Below, piece by piece: positions 20,532 to 29,820 of a stretch of DNA of 64,000 nt; within the stretch, counting starts at the first letter, position 1, and every line of letters begins with the position of its first letter. Source of the stretch: Candidatus Flexicrinis affinis (lineage in GTDB: Bacteria > Chloroflexota > Anaerolineae > Aggregatilineales > Phototrophicaceae); NCBI GenBank assembly GCA_016716525.1, contig JADJWE010000002.1, positions 579,951 through 643,950 on the forward strand, given 5' to 3'. A program made the translations under genes and the position numbers. Below the pieces are notes generated by a model. It ran no database searches. It was not told where the DNA came from and was given only the letters and a program-made list of their open reading frames with translations.

Positions 20532-21641
20532 CTAAGCAGACGCAAATCGGACGGAATAGATTGGTGGCAGATTGCCGCCCAAGCACTGCCACGATTCACC
20601 GCGGTCGCTGGATAAGTACAGGTTGCCGGTGGTCGTACCGAAGGCCAGCGTGTCGCCGCTCAAGTCAAGCGCGTGGCGGAACACGACGTCAAACGCCGCG
20701 CCTTGCGGCAGGCCGTTTCGAAGGGCCGCCCACGTATTTCCACCGTCTTCGGTGCGGCACACGCACAACGCGCGATCAACCGCGATGCGGAACTCGGAGT
20801 CGATGGCCGGGACGACCCACGCCGTATTTGCATCATGCGGATCAACCGCAATCGGAAAGCCGAAATACGCAGGCGCTTCAGGCTGCGAGATGTTCTTCCA
20901 TGTCTTCCCGCTGTCGATACTGCGGAACACGCCGCAGTGATTTTGTTGCCACAGCACGTCCGGGTTGGACGGCGACATCAACATGAAGTGCGGGTCGTGC
21001 CCGAACTCGGATGTCGGGTCGGGCAGAAAGTCGGCATACAGGCCGCTGTTGCGCGGATGCCACGTCGCGCCGTCGTCGTGCGTTTCATACACGCCGCCGC
21101 AGCTAATGCCGACGACGATGTGCGCGCTGTCGCGCGGATCGACGCAGATCGAGCACAGGCCCGGATGATCGCGCCCACCGCCGAACCACCATTCGCTGCG
21201 CTCCGACCGATCCCACAAGGACTGCACCAGTTCAAACGACTCGCCTCCGTCGTCACTGCGGAACAAGCCGCCGGGTTCGGTGCCGATGTACAGACGTTCG
21301 GGCTGATCAGCCCCGCCGGGCTGGATGATCCAGATATAGCTGAGCTTAGCCGGCGTCTCGCGCCGATCGCCCCCGGGAAAACCGACACTCTGTACGGCAC
21401 CGTCGGGAAACACCGGCACGGGAACTTCTTGCCACATTGCACCCACGTCGTCTGACCGGTGCAGTTTCTGCCCCCAATGGCCATGGTCGAGGCCCGCCCA
21501 CAGCGTGCCGGTACGCGGATCTCGCATTGCGTAGCTCACGGGCTGAGCACGGAAGCTCTCGCTCTTGTAGCGCCACGCGCCGTTGTGCCGTTCGTACTGC
21601 AGCAGTCCCTTGCGCGTGCCGAGTATCAACAGGTCGCCCAT
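20532..21641 (-). CDS. BNR/Asp-box repeat beta-propeller protein
   Basis: Six S/T-x-D-x-G-x-T/S-W/F boxes (SDDVGAMW, SDDGGESF, HDDGATW, SIDSGKTW, TEDGGNTW, SSDRGESW). There is no signal peptide and no N-terminal RIP motif, so it is not a canonical sialidase. Confidence 0.65.
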   Translation of the reverse strand: MGDLLILGTRKGLLQYERHNGAWRYKSESFRAQPVSYAMRDPRTGTLWAGLDHGHWGQKLHRSDDVGAMWQEVPVPVFPDGAVQSVGFPGGDRRETPAKLSYIWIIQPGGADQPERLYIGTEPGGLFRSDDGGESFELVQSLWDRSERSEWWFGGGRDHPGLCSICVDPRDSAHIVVGISCGGVYETHDDGATWHPRNSGLYADFLPDPTSEFGHDPHFMLMSPSNPDVLWQQNHCGVFRSIDSGKTWKNISQPEAPAYFGFPIAVDPHDANTAWVVPAIDSEFRIAVDRALCVCRTEDGGNTWAALRNGLPQGAAFDVVFRHALDLSGDTLAFGTTTGNLYLSSDRGESWQCLGGNLPPIYSVRFASA

Positions 21642-21643
21642 AA

Positions 21644-21940
21644 CTATCCCCCCGAAAGTGCCTGCATGAAAAATACGACTTGATCCTCTTTGACGCGGTC
21701 GGCCAACGTCGTGCGATCCAGCACGAACTCGTCGCCGATGAAGACGTTGACGTGCTTGCGCAAGGCACCGCGTTCGTCGACAAAATATGACGCGATTCCC
21801 GGATAGCGCGCGTCGAGCGCCTGCACGACGTCCGCCACGGTATCGCCTTGAACGGTGATCCCTTGTTCGAGCGTTGGGAAGAACTTCTGCAGATGTGACG
21901 TGAATCGGGCGCGTGGCATTGACTGTTTCCCGTCAGTCAT
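21644..21940 (-). CDS. MoaD/ThiS/CysO-like ubiquitin-fold sulfur-carrier protein ending in Gly-Gly
   Basis: About 90-98 aa. The pattern (...LRKHVNVFIGDEFV...DQVVFFMQALSGG*) matches the MoaD/CysO beta-grasp family, with a C-terminal GG. Its stop lies 2 nt before the start of the BNR gene. Confidence 0.6.
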   Translation of the reverse strand: MTDGKQSMPRARFTSHLQKFFPTLEQGITVQGDTVADVVQALDARYPGIASYFVDERGALRKHVNVFIGDEFVLDRTTLADRVKEDQVVFFMQALSGG

Positions 21941-21988
21941 CTGGTTGCAGTGTAGAACAAAAGTGCGAATTCTGTCAACCAGCGGCGA

Positions 21989-22618
21989 TCAGTCGAGGCG
22001 AACCAGTCCGCGCTGAACCGCGATACGCACCGCCTCGGTCCGGTTCCCGGCGCTGAGCTTGCCCAAGATGGCGCTGATGTGGAACTTGACGGTGCGTTCG
22101 GTGATGACCAGCGCGGCCGCGATTTCTTTGTTGAGATGCCCCTTGGCCAACAAGCGCAGCACGTCCATTTCGCGTTCGGTCAGGCTTTCGGCCGGCGGCG
22201 CGCTGAGCTGACGCAGCAGCTTGGACGCCACGACAGGTTGCAGCAGCGAGCCTCCGCCAGCGACGACCCGCACGGCCTCGAACAATTCGCCGCGCGGCAC
22301 CCCCTTGAGGAGGTAGCCCTTCGCACCCGCTTCGACCGCCTTGACGATACGTTCGTCAGTGTCGAAGGCGGTGAACACGATCACGCGCACGTCCGGCGCG
22401 CGCTGGCGCAGTTGAGTCAGCGCGTGGAGCCCGTCCACGCCGGGCATCTCGAGGTCGAGCAGGATGACGTCAGGCCGCAGCGCGCAGGCTTGCTCGACCG
22501 CCTGCTGCCCGTCCGCCGCCTCGCCCACAACGGCGAAATCGGGCTGCGTGCCGAGCACCATCGTCAGGCCGTCGCGCACCACGGGATGATCGTCTACGAC
22601 AAGAATGCGAATGGTCAT
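21989..22618 (-). CDS. NarL/FixJ-family response regulator (receiver + LuxR-type HTH)
   Basis: MTIRILVVDDHPVVRDGL...D54-like context. The C-terminus has 'LTEREMDVLRLLAKGHLNKEIAAALVITERTVKFHISAILGKL'. Its ATG overlaps the kinase stop (ATGA). Confidence 0.85.
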   Translation of the reverse strand: MTIRILVVDDHPVVRDGLTMVLGTQPDFAVVGEAADGQQAVEQACALRPDVILLDLEMPGVDGLHALTQLRQRAPDVRVIVFTAFDTDERIVKAVEAGAKGYLLKGVPRGELFEAVRVVAGGGSLLQPVVASKLLRQLSAPPAESLTEREMDVLRLLAKGHLNKEIAAALVITERTVKFHISAILGKLSAGNRTEAVRIAVQRGLVRLD

Positions 22619-23770
22619 ACATCCCCCACCGGCACTTCGACCACGACACGCGTCCCCCGCCCGGGCGCAGACGTCAGCCGAAAACGCCCGCCAAGCAGAC
22701 CGGCGCGCTCGCGCATACCGGTCAGCCCATAACGATCCGACGGCGCTAGTTCGGGATCGAACCCGACACCATCGTCGGCGATCGACAGCTTGACCTTGCC
22801 GCGGCTCAGCGCAAGCGACAGTGATGGTCGACGCCTGCGCGTGGCGGGCGATGTTGGACAGCGCCTCTTGCATGATGCGGATGAAGCCGTTCTCGACGTG
22901 CGGCGGCAGGTCGATCGCGGTGAGCTGCAGTTCGACATCAAAGTTAAAGCGCCCGCCGTAATCACGCGCCAGCGTCGAAATCACGTCGGAGAGCGTTCGC
23001 CCGTCAAGCAGCGAAGCGCGCAGGTCCATGACCGACCGGCGGGTCTCGTCCAGCCCGTGCCGCACGCGGCCTAACGCCTGCTGCACGATCGAACGGACGC
23101 GCTCGCCGCCGTCGACCGACTCAAGGACGGCATCAGCGGTCTCGAGCTGGAGCGCGATCGACGTCAAGTCCTGCGCCAGCGTGTCATGGAATTCACGGGC
23201 GATCCGCACGCGCTCCTCGGCGGCGCCGGTTTCGGCACTGCGGCGGAACAGCCTCGCCCGTTCGATCGCCACGCCGAGCATGTCGGCGATGGTCGCCAGC
23301 AGGCGCAGTTCGTCGGCATTGAGCGCGCGCTCGTCGGCGCTGGTGACGTTGATCAGGCCGAGCTTCTTGCCGTGCGCGTCGATCGGCACGGTTGCGTGAT
23401 AGCGCAAGCCGTCGGTGCCGGTCATCGTGTCCTTCAGGCGCGAGCACTTGATCACGCTGATGTTCGACGCGCCGGACAGTTCGCCGGACTCGTAGTCGTC
23501 GATGCACGTACACCACGTGGTGCCCTTCATGCGGTGCGGATGGTCGGCCAGCGCCGGCGGCAGGTTCTGATGCACGGCGAGGCGCGCGTTTGCGCCGTCA
23601 TCGTCGGTCAGCCACACCCACCCGGTCTGCAGGTCCATCAACCGCACGACAAGGCTGAGCGTGGTACGCAAGGCGCGCTGCACGTCCAGCTCGGCGTTGA
23701 GCGCCTGCGCGATTTGATTCAATACGGAGAGTTCGGCGTTGCGCCGGGCGAGGTCAGCGGGCGTATTCAT
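22615..23770 (-). pseudogene. GAF-domain sensor histidine kinase (HisKA_3 H-box + HATPase_c), reading frame broken at about 22835 (as sequenced)
   Basis: The N-terminal GAF domain and H-box (REFHDTLAQDL) are in one frame. The HATPase_c domain ('KVKLSIADDGVGFDPE...GTRVVVEVPV') is in another. The switch is at 'atcactgtcgcttgcgctgagc'. Without it the kinase is full length and ATGA-coupled to the regulator. Confidence 0.75.
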
Positions 23771-23798
23771 GCCCTAAGTATACGCGATCTGAATCGCG

Positions 23799-24438
23799 CT
23801 ACCCGATCAGCACGACATGTACCTCGACGGGGCCGTGCGCACCCAGTATGAGTTCCTGTGCAATGTCGGCCGTGCGGCTTCCGCCGGTGATAAACACGAC
23901 GTTGGCGCTCTCGCGGAAGTGCGTCAATCCCGAGGCAGAGACCTGTTCGAACCACGCCTCGACATCCGGCAATATCTGATCGGCGCGAACCACCGCGATA
24001 TGCACCGGCGGCAGCAGTGATGCAAAGCGTGGTTTTCCCGGCCCGCTCGATACGACGAGGCTTCCCGTTCCGGCAAGTGCTGCCTCGACACCAGTCAGCC
24101 CGACGCGGGCCGACGGATCGCGCACGTCGGCGGGCGTAATCCCGCGCGCGTTGAGCGCCTGGCCAACCCTCCAGCGAAATCTGATCCGGATCCCGCGATG
24201 ACCTGTTTGTCATCCCCGATCACTCGAGCACCCGCCCAAGCGCCGCCTTGTCGTCAGCGCACGGCCACAGCGTCACGCCGACGCGTGCTGCCGCCGCCGA
24301 AAACGCGTCGCGGAGCGCATCCGGCGATGTGTCGGCCATCGGCACGACCCGCACCGGATCGGGGGTGGCAGGGATGTTCAGCGCCGGATTTGTTACCGCG
24401 CGCAGGCGTTTCAGGATGGATTCTCTGCTCGACATCAT
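23799..24438 (-). pseudogene. lutC: Lactate-utilisation protein C (LutC/YkgG family), two frame changes between 24125 and 24220 (as sequenced)
   Basis: The N-terminal 72 aa ('SRESILKRLRA...LGRVLE') and the C-terminal 108 aa ('...LVVSSGPGKPRF...VVRADQI...VVLIG') are LutC-like but lie in different frames. A third frame carries 'VIGDDKQVIAGSGSDF' in between. The breaks lie in gggg/ggg runs. Confidence 0.6.
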
Positions 24439-24444
24439 TGGATA

Positions 24445-24592
24445 CCCTCACCCCTAGCCCCTCTCCCTCAGGGAGAGGGGGATTCGACCGATCGGTCTGT
24501 CGCCATTGTCGGCGGGCGACCCGGCGGGTCGCCCCTACAGACTTGCGCGCCGCCGGTTCCTGACAACTGACACCTGATTCCTGACGTCTTCC
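24445..24592 (-). repeat. Composite intergenic repeat, copy 1 (modules M1+M2+M3)
   Basis: Read on the minus strand after the lutB stop: M1 'gtcaggaatcaggtgtcagttgtcagg'. Then M2 'tgtaggggcgacccgccgggtcgccc' (9-bp hairpin). Then M3 'cccctctccc tca gggagagggg' (perfect 10-bp hairpin), followed by 'ctaggggtgaggg'. These modules recur at six or more other sites. Confidence 0.7.
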
Positions 24593-24596
24593 CTCA

Positions 24597-25991
24597 TCAC
24601 TTCCCTCTTTCCGCCCAAAGTTGGCGGAAGGTCTTGGGCGCGAACGTGGGAAGGTCACGATATTTGGCCCACGCCCCGATCGGCCCCGGATGCCAGCGAC
24701 CCATGATCTTCTGGCCGACTCGCGCGGCCCATGCCGTAAGCCGGTAACTCCACGCTGTTCGCTGCGTGATCGACCACGCCCAGAGGCCGAATCCGTAGAG
24801 CTTGCTGCCGTGGCCGCGCACGGTCATGTCGTGGCGCAGGTCGAGCAGCATGCGCGGCAGGTCGATATCCACCGGACAGACCTGCTTGCACGCACCGCAC
24901 AGGCTGGATGCATACGGCAGCGGTTCGGCGTTCTCAAGCCCGACGTACAGCGGCGTCAGCACCGCCCCGATCGGCCCACCATACACCCATCCGTAGGCGC
25001 CGCCGCCTGTGGAACGATAGACAGGGCATGCGTTCTGGCACGATCCACAGCGGACGCAGCTTAACACCTCGGCGTATTTGGTCGCGTACACCTTGCTGCG
25101 GCCATTGTCGACGAGGACGACGTACACTGCTTCCGGCCCGTCGGGCTCGTCGGTCCGGCGCGGGCCGTTGATCATCGAGGTGTAGACTGCCATGTGTTGA
25201 CCGGTACCGGCACGCGGCAGAACCTGCGTAAGCAGCGCGTAGTCCTCGACGGTCTCGACCATCTTCTCGATACCGACCAGTGCGACATGCACCCGCGGCG
25301 CCGACGTACACAGGCGCCCGTTGCCCTCGTTGGTAACGAGCGTAACTGTGCCGGTTTCTGCAATGATGAAGTTACCGCCGCTGATGCCCATGTCGGCGTC
25401 GAGGTAGATCGGGCGCAGGCGTTGGCGGGCAAAAGCGACCATTTCGCCGGAGTTGTCGGTAAACGGCATGCCCAGCTTCTCGACCATCAGGTCGCGGATG
25501 CTCTCTTTGCTCTTGTGGATGATCGGCGCAACGATGTGGCTCGGGTGTTCGCCGCCGATCTGCACGATGTACTCGCCAAGATCGGTCTCGACCACGTCGA
25601 GGCCCGCGCCTTCCAACGCGCCGTTGAGCGCGATCTCCTCGCTCAGCATCGACTTGGACTTGACGATCCGCTTGACCTGATGCCGCGCCGCGATCTCCTG
25701 CACGTGGCGGCGGGCCTCAGCGGCATCCTCGGCCCAAAGCACGGTGATTCCGTTCTCTTTCATGCGCGCTTCGGCTTCTTCGAGCAGGTCCGGCAGCGAC
25801 TTGAGCGCGCGGCGTTTAGCGGCTGCAGCTTGCATGCGCAGCTTCTGGCCGTGCTCGTACCCGAACTGTGTGAACGCCGCCTGCCGGTTGTTGTAGGCAT
25901 TGCGCGTGCCGCGCCGGACGGCGGTCTGCTGGTCGGTGTTGCGGACGGCGATCGACGCCAGATCGACGAAGTTGTTGGACTCGATCTTCAT
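24597..25991 (-). CDS. lutB: Lactate-utilisation protein B (iron-sulfur, LUD domain)
   Basis: 464 aa with two CxxCxxC ferredoxin-type clusters (CVRCGSCQNACP, CGACKQVCP). It sits between lutA and lutC. Confidence 0.85.
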   Translation of the reverse strand: MKIESNNFVDLASIAVRNTDQQTAVRRGTRNAYNNRQAAFTQFGYEHGQKLRMQAAAAKRRALKSLPDLLEEAEARMKENGITVLWAEDAAEARRHVQEIAARHQVKRIVKSKSMLSEEIALNGALEGAGLDVVETDLGEYIVQIGGEHPSHIVAPIIHKSKESIRDLMVEKLGMPFTDNSGEMVAFARQRLRPIYLDADMGISGGNFIIAETGTVTLVTNEGNGRLCTSAPRVHVALVGIEKMVETVEDYALLTQVLPRAGTGQHMAVYTSMINGPRRTDEPDGPEAVYVVLVDNGRSKVYATKYAEVLSCVRCGSCQNACPVYRSTGGGAYGWVYGGPIGAVLTPLYVGLENAEPLPYASSLCGACKQVCPVDIDLPRMLLDLRHDMTVRGHGSKLYGFGLWAWSITQRTAWSYRLTAWAARVGQKIMGRWHPGPIGAWAKYRDLPTFAPKTFRQLWAERGK

Positions 25992-26755
25992 TTCGGCGCC
26001 TCCTGACCTTCAAGCGACTCGGCCAGCAGGTCGGCCAGGTGGACGCATCGCACCGCCGATCCGCTGCGCGCCAGCCCGCCGTTGATCTGCGTCATACAGC
26101 TCGCGTCGCCGGTCACAACTACGTCCGCCTCGGAGCCGGTGATGCTCTTGACCTTGTCTTGCAGCATCGCACCGCTGACGTCGGCCATCTTAACCGCGAA
26201 CAGCCCGCCGAACCCACAGCAGTTGTCGCAGTCCGGCACCTCCGAAAGCTCGGCATTCTCGACCTCACCGATCAGCGCGCGCGCCTGACCGCCCAATTTG
26301 AGCACACGCAGACCGTGACAACTATCGTGCAGACCGACTTTGCGCGGCGCGTTCAGCCGTCCGCCGAGGTCGGTGATCCCCAGCCCGTCGACCAAGTACT
26401 CGCTGAATTCCCACGTGATCGACGCGGCACGCTCGGCGCGCGGCCCCCACAATGTGTCTCCAGCGAACAGCGACGGAAACTCGTGCCGCACCATCGCCGC
26501 GCACGAGCCGGACGGCGTGACAATGACCTCGGCCCCGTCGAACGCGCGCAAGAACTGCTTGGCGACGCGCGCCGCTTCGCGCCGGTTGCCGCTGTTGAAC
26601 GCCGGTTGGCCGCAGCACGTCTGCGCCATCGGGAACACGACGTTGACGCCGAGGCGCTCGAGAATCGTCACGACCGACATGCCCGTCTGGGGATACATCA
26701 TGTCCACGATACAGGTCACGAACAGACTGACGGTCTTTCCCTTTGGGGGACTCAC
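25988..26755 (-). CDS. lutA: Lactate-utilisation protein A (Fe-S oxidoreductase with CCG domains)
   Basis: A GTG start at 26755 gives 'VSPPKGKTVSLFVTCIVDMMYP...' (compare LutA 'MKVALFVTCLVD'). Two Cys-rich CCG-type motifs are present. The track ORF begins further upstream and overlaps nothing else. Confidence 0.8.
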   Translation of the reverse strand: MSPPKGKTVSLFVTCIVDMMYPQTGMSVVTILERLGVNVVFPMAQTCCGQPAFNSGNRREAARVAKQFLRAFDGAEVIVTPSGSCAAMVRHEFPSLFAGDTLWGPRAERAASITWEFSEYLVDGLGITDLGGRLNAPRKVGLHDSCHGLRVLKLGGQARALIGEVENAELSEVPDCDNCCGFGGLFAVKMADVSGAMLQDKVKSITGSEADVVVTGDASCMTQINGGLARSGSAVRCVHLADLLAESLEGQEAPK

Positions 26756-26997
26756 GGTTGGGTTCAGCCACCGCCCTCTCCTTCGATTGCATCCGTCGCC
26801 GGTCGCCCATTCGGGCGGGCGTCTGGTCCGATGATAGCCAGCCGTGACCGACGGCGCAATCACGCGGCACACCAATGGCGCCGAACGTGCCAAGACGTGT
26901 AGATTTTGGTAGACTCCGCCTGTTCACCGAGCGCGGCACGCCGCGGCCCAACCTTGCGCCTTGCGCTCGATCGCTCGCTTGACTGAAAGAACGGTGC

Positions 26998-28740
26998 ATG
27001 CCCAACGCCGATCCGGAGCTGTTGGCCGACCCCGAACGCCTGAACGTGCTTCGCACGTTGTTTCCAGCGCGCGGTGCAACCGAGCCTGCGTTCGACCGTC
27101 TGGCGTCGCTGGCGGCAAGGCTCGTAAAGGCCCCGATCGGGATCGTGACGCTGGTCGACATCGATCGCATGACGTTCGCCGGAGCCCACGGCCTGACCGG
27201 CAAGTGGCCCGGCCGGGCGATCTGGGGTTTGACACATTCGTACTGTCCGCACGTAATCGCCACGCGCGAGCCGCTGGTGATCGACGACGCCCGCAAGAGC
27301 GCGCTCGTGCGCGACTACGACGCGGTCCGCGATCCGGGGTTCACCGCATATCTCGGCGTCCCGCTGACCACCGTCGACGGCTTTACGCTGGCGGTGCTCG
27401 CAGTCGCGGATCGCCGGCCGCGGCGCTGGTCGGAAGAGGACTTGCGAGTCGTGAGCGACATCGCCGAATGCGCCGTCACCGAAATCCACCTGCGGGCCGC
27501 CATCTACGCCGACTCAGGCGAGGAACCGGTGGTCGATACCGGCCCGCTGGTCGAACGAACGGCGGACATCCGCGCCCTCGACGCCGACGGCGCTACCAAA
27601 GCCCTGCTCTATCAGCGCCTTGCGCAGATCGGCGAGCCGTTGGTTGCCGCGCTTGCCTCGACCTCCGATGTGGTGTGGGTGGCCGACTCCAACGGCGATC
27701 TGCTGTACCTCAACCCTGCCGCCGGCGCATTCTTCGGCGTGGATCTGCTCTCGTATCGCGGCACGGCCAACTGCGTCGATTTCTTGGACGGCGAAGTGCT
27801 CGAGTTCTTCAAGTCCGTCGCCGTGCCGGACGCGTCGCGGGGTGGCGAATGGAGCGGCGACCTGTACCTCCGCCGCCACGACGGGGCCGAGATTCCAATG
27901 TCGGTGACGGTCAACGTACACATCCCCGTCGCAAGCACGAAAGAGAATTGGAGTGTGGTCGCGCGCGACATCACCGCCCTGCGCGATTCCGAGCAGTCGG
28001 TGCTGCGGTCGCTGGAACGCGAACAGGCCGTGACGGCCTTGCAGCAGCGATTCATCACGACCATGTCACACGAATTCCGTACACCGCTGTCGATCGTGCT
28101 GTCGTCGTTGGAGATGCTGCAGCGGCATGGCGCGCGGTCCGACCCGATCGAACACTATCAGCGCATGCGCGCGTCCGTCCGGCACATCTCCAGCGTGCTC
28201 GACCGCGGCGTGCAAATGCTTGAAGACCCGGACGCCGATCTGATCCCGTCGATCCAGAAGGTGTCGCTGCCGGAATTTGCGCATGAGATTTCGGCGCGCA
28301 TGCACGAGGAGTTCGAGGGTCGTATCATTCACGTCGACGCGCCGCCGGACATGCCGGCCGTCCGCACCGACACTGTCGCGCTGGGCATGATCGTCGAAAA
28401 TCTGCTCTCGAACGCGCTCAAGTTCAGCACGACCGGGACGGTGGTCACGTTCAAGCTGGCGCTGCGCGGATCGGGGACGAGCAGCGATCCGCGCCTGCTG
28501 GCGATCACCGTGCGCGATCATGGCATCGGAATCCCGGAGGACGCACAGCCGTACATCTTCGAGCGCTTCTTCCGAGCCTACAACCTGCCCAATGTACCGG
28601 GGATCGGCGCGGGGTTGTATACCGTCAAGCGGTTGGTCGAACGCCTACAGGGGCGGATCGAGTTCTACAGCCGGCCGGGCGAAGGCACGGAGTTCATCAT
28701 CATCATCCCAGTTGGGCCAGACTCCGGGCGTGCCGGCTGA
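26998..28740 (+). CDS. Cytoplasmic GAF-PAS sensor histidine kinase (HisKA + HATPase_c), with no adjacent response regulator
   Basis: No TM segments. An N-terminal GAF-like region and a PAS region ('WVADSNGDLLYLNPAAGAFFG') are followed by an H-box ('MSHEFRTPLS') and G-boxes ('GIGIPEDAQPYIFERF', 'GIGAGLYTVK'). Confidence 0.8.
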   Translation: MPNADPELLADPERLNVLRTLFPARGATEPAFDRLASLAARLVKAPIGIVTLVDIDRMTFAGAHGLTGKWPGRAIWGLTHSYCPHVIATREPLVIDDARKSALVRDYDAVRDPGFTAYLGVPLTTVDGFTLAVLAVADRRPRRWSEEDLRVVSDIAECAVTEIHLRAAIYADSGEEPVVDTGPLVERTADIRALDADGATKALLYQRLAQIGEPLVAALASTSDVVWVADSNGDLLYLNPAAGAFFGVDLLSYRGTANCVDFLDGEVLEFFKSVAVPDASRGGEWSGDLYLRRHDGAEIPMSVTVNVHIPVASTKENWSVVARDITALRDSEQSVLRSLEREQAVTALQQRFITTMSHEFRTPLSIVLSSLEMLQRHGARSDPIEHYQRMRASVRHISSVLDRGVQMLEDPDADLIPSIQKVSLPEFAHEISARMHEEFEGRIIHVDAPPDMPAVRTDTVALGMIVENLLSNALKFSTTGTVVTFKLALRGSGTSSDPRLLAITVRDHGIGIPEDAQPYIFERFFRAYNLPNVPGIGAGLYTVKRLVERLQGRIEFYSRPGEGTEFIIIIPVGPDSGRAG

Positions 28741-28794
28741 GGAGCGCACAAGTTAGTTCCACTATCGTAAGTCGTGTTTAGCGAGGGAAGCGCT

Positions 28795-29802
28795 ATGCGA
28801 ATTGCCGTATTCAGCACCAAACCGTACGACCGCCAGTTTCTCGAAGCCGCAAACGGGTTTCATGATTTCAAGCTGAAGTACTTCGAGACGCGCCTGACCA
28901 GCGAGACGGTTCAAGTCGCTGCCGGCTATGACGGCGTGTGCGTATTCGTCAACGACGTGCTCGACGCCGAAGTAATCGAGCGATTGTCCGCCGAGGGCGT
29001 CAAGCTGATCGCACTGCGGTGCGCCGGCTTCAACAACGTGAACCTGCACGCTGCCGAAGAACACGGGATGACAGTGGTGCGCGTTCCCGCCTACTCCCCC
29101 TACGCGGTGGCCGAGCACACGGTCGCCATGATGTTGTCGCTCAACCGCAAGATTTACCGTGCACACAACCGCGTGCGCGAAGGCAATTTCTCGCTCGACG
29201 GCTTGCTGGGGTTCGACCTGCATGGCCAGACCGTCGGCGTCATCGGAACCGGCCAAATCGGACAAGTGGTCATCCGTATCATGGCCGGGTTCGGCTGCAA
29301 GGTACTGGCTTACGACCCCTACCCGAACCCGGAGGTCGAACGCCTCGGTGGATCGTACGTCGCGCTGGACGACCTGCTCACGCACTGCGACATCATCACG
29401 CTGCACTGCCCGCTGACTCCGGAGACGCGCCATTTGATCGACGCCGAGACACTGGCCGTGTGTAAGGACGGCGTGATGATCGTCAACACAAGCCGCGGCG
29501 CGCTGATCGACGCCCTCGACGTCATCGAGGCGCTCAAGTCCGGCCGGATCGGGTATTTGGGATTGGACGTCTACGAGGAGGAGGCCGATGTCTTCTTTGA
29601 AGATCTATCGGGGCAAATCCTCAAAGACGACACGTTGGCGCGGCTGATGACGTTTCCGAACGTGTTGATTACCAGTCATCAAGCATTCTTCACGCGTAAC
29701 GCGCTGCAGAATATCGCCGAAACGACGATGCGCAACATCGCGCTGTTTGCCGCCGGCAAGTCCGCGGAAAACGCGGTCGGCATCGAACGCGTCAAACGCT
29801 AA
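28795..29802 (+). CDS. ldhA: D-lactate dehydrogenase (D-isomer-specific 2-hydroxyacid dehydrogenase)
   Basis: Near-colinear match to the fermentative LdhA pattern ('[12 protein letters not shown]', '[12 protein letters not shown]', '[15 protein letters not shown]', 'GVIGTGQIG', '[12 protein letters not shown]'). Start reassigned to the ATG at 28795 with a GAGGGA RBS. Confidence 0.85.
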   Translation: MRIAVFSTKPYDRQFLEAANGFHDFKLKYFETRLTSETVQVAAGYDGVCVFVNDVLDAEVIERLSAEGVKLIALRCAGFNNVNLHAAEEHGMTVVRVPAYSPYAVAEHTVAMMLSLNRKIYRAHNRVREGNFSLDGLLGFDLHGQTVGVIGTGQIGQVVIRIMAGFGCKVLAYDPYPNPEVERLGGSYVALDDLLTHCDIITLHCPLTPETRHLIDAETLAVCKDGVMIVNTSRGALIDALDVIEALKSGRIGYLGLDVYEEEADVFFEDLSGQILKDDTLARLMTFPNVLITSHQAFFTRNALQNIAETTMRNIALFAAGKSAENAVGIERVKR

Positions 29803-29820
29803 TTCAAAAGGAGGACACGC

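Noticed and set aside
20532-21641. Calling the BNR/Asp-box protein an exo-alpha-sialidase.
   Set aside because: There is no signal peptide. There is no N-terminal Y/F-R-I-P motif and no Arg triad context. Asp-box propellers occur in many non-sialidase families.
21989-23770. A single 593-aa hybrid kinase-regulator protein, as the ORF track suggests.
   Set aside because: The middle ~90 aa are out-of-frame noise. The HATPase_c domain is cleanly readable in the 22615..22965 frame. The regulator has its own ATG overlapping the kinase stop (ATGA). Two genes with one frame break fit the data better.
23767-24213. 148-aa minus-strand ORF (MTNRSSRDPDQISLEGWPGAQRARDYARRRARS...).
   Set aside because: It is the third frame across the lutC disruption zone. 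It is Arg-rich and motif-free, and it overlaps the genuine LutC N- and C-terminal segments.
24445-24592. Possible CRISPR array suggested by the recurring CCCCTCTCC...GGAGAGGGG hairpins.
   Set aside because: The repeats are not regularly spaced. They differ in sequence and context. They occur singly or in threes at dispersed intergenic sites. No cas genes are present.
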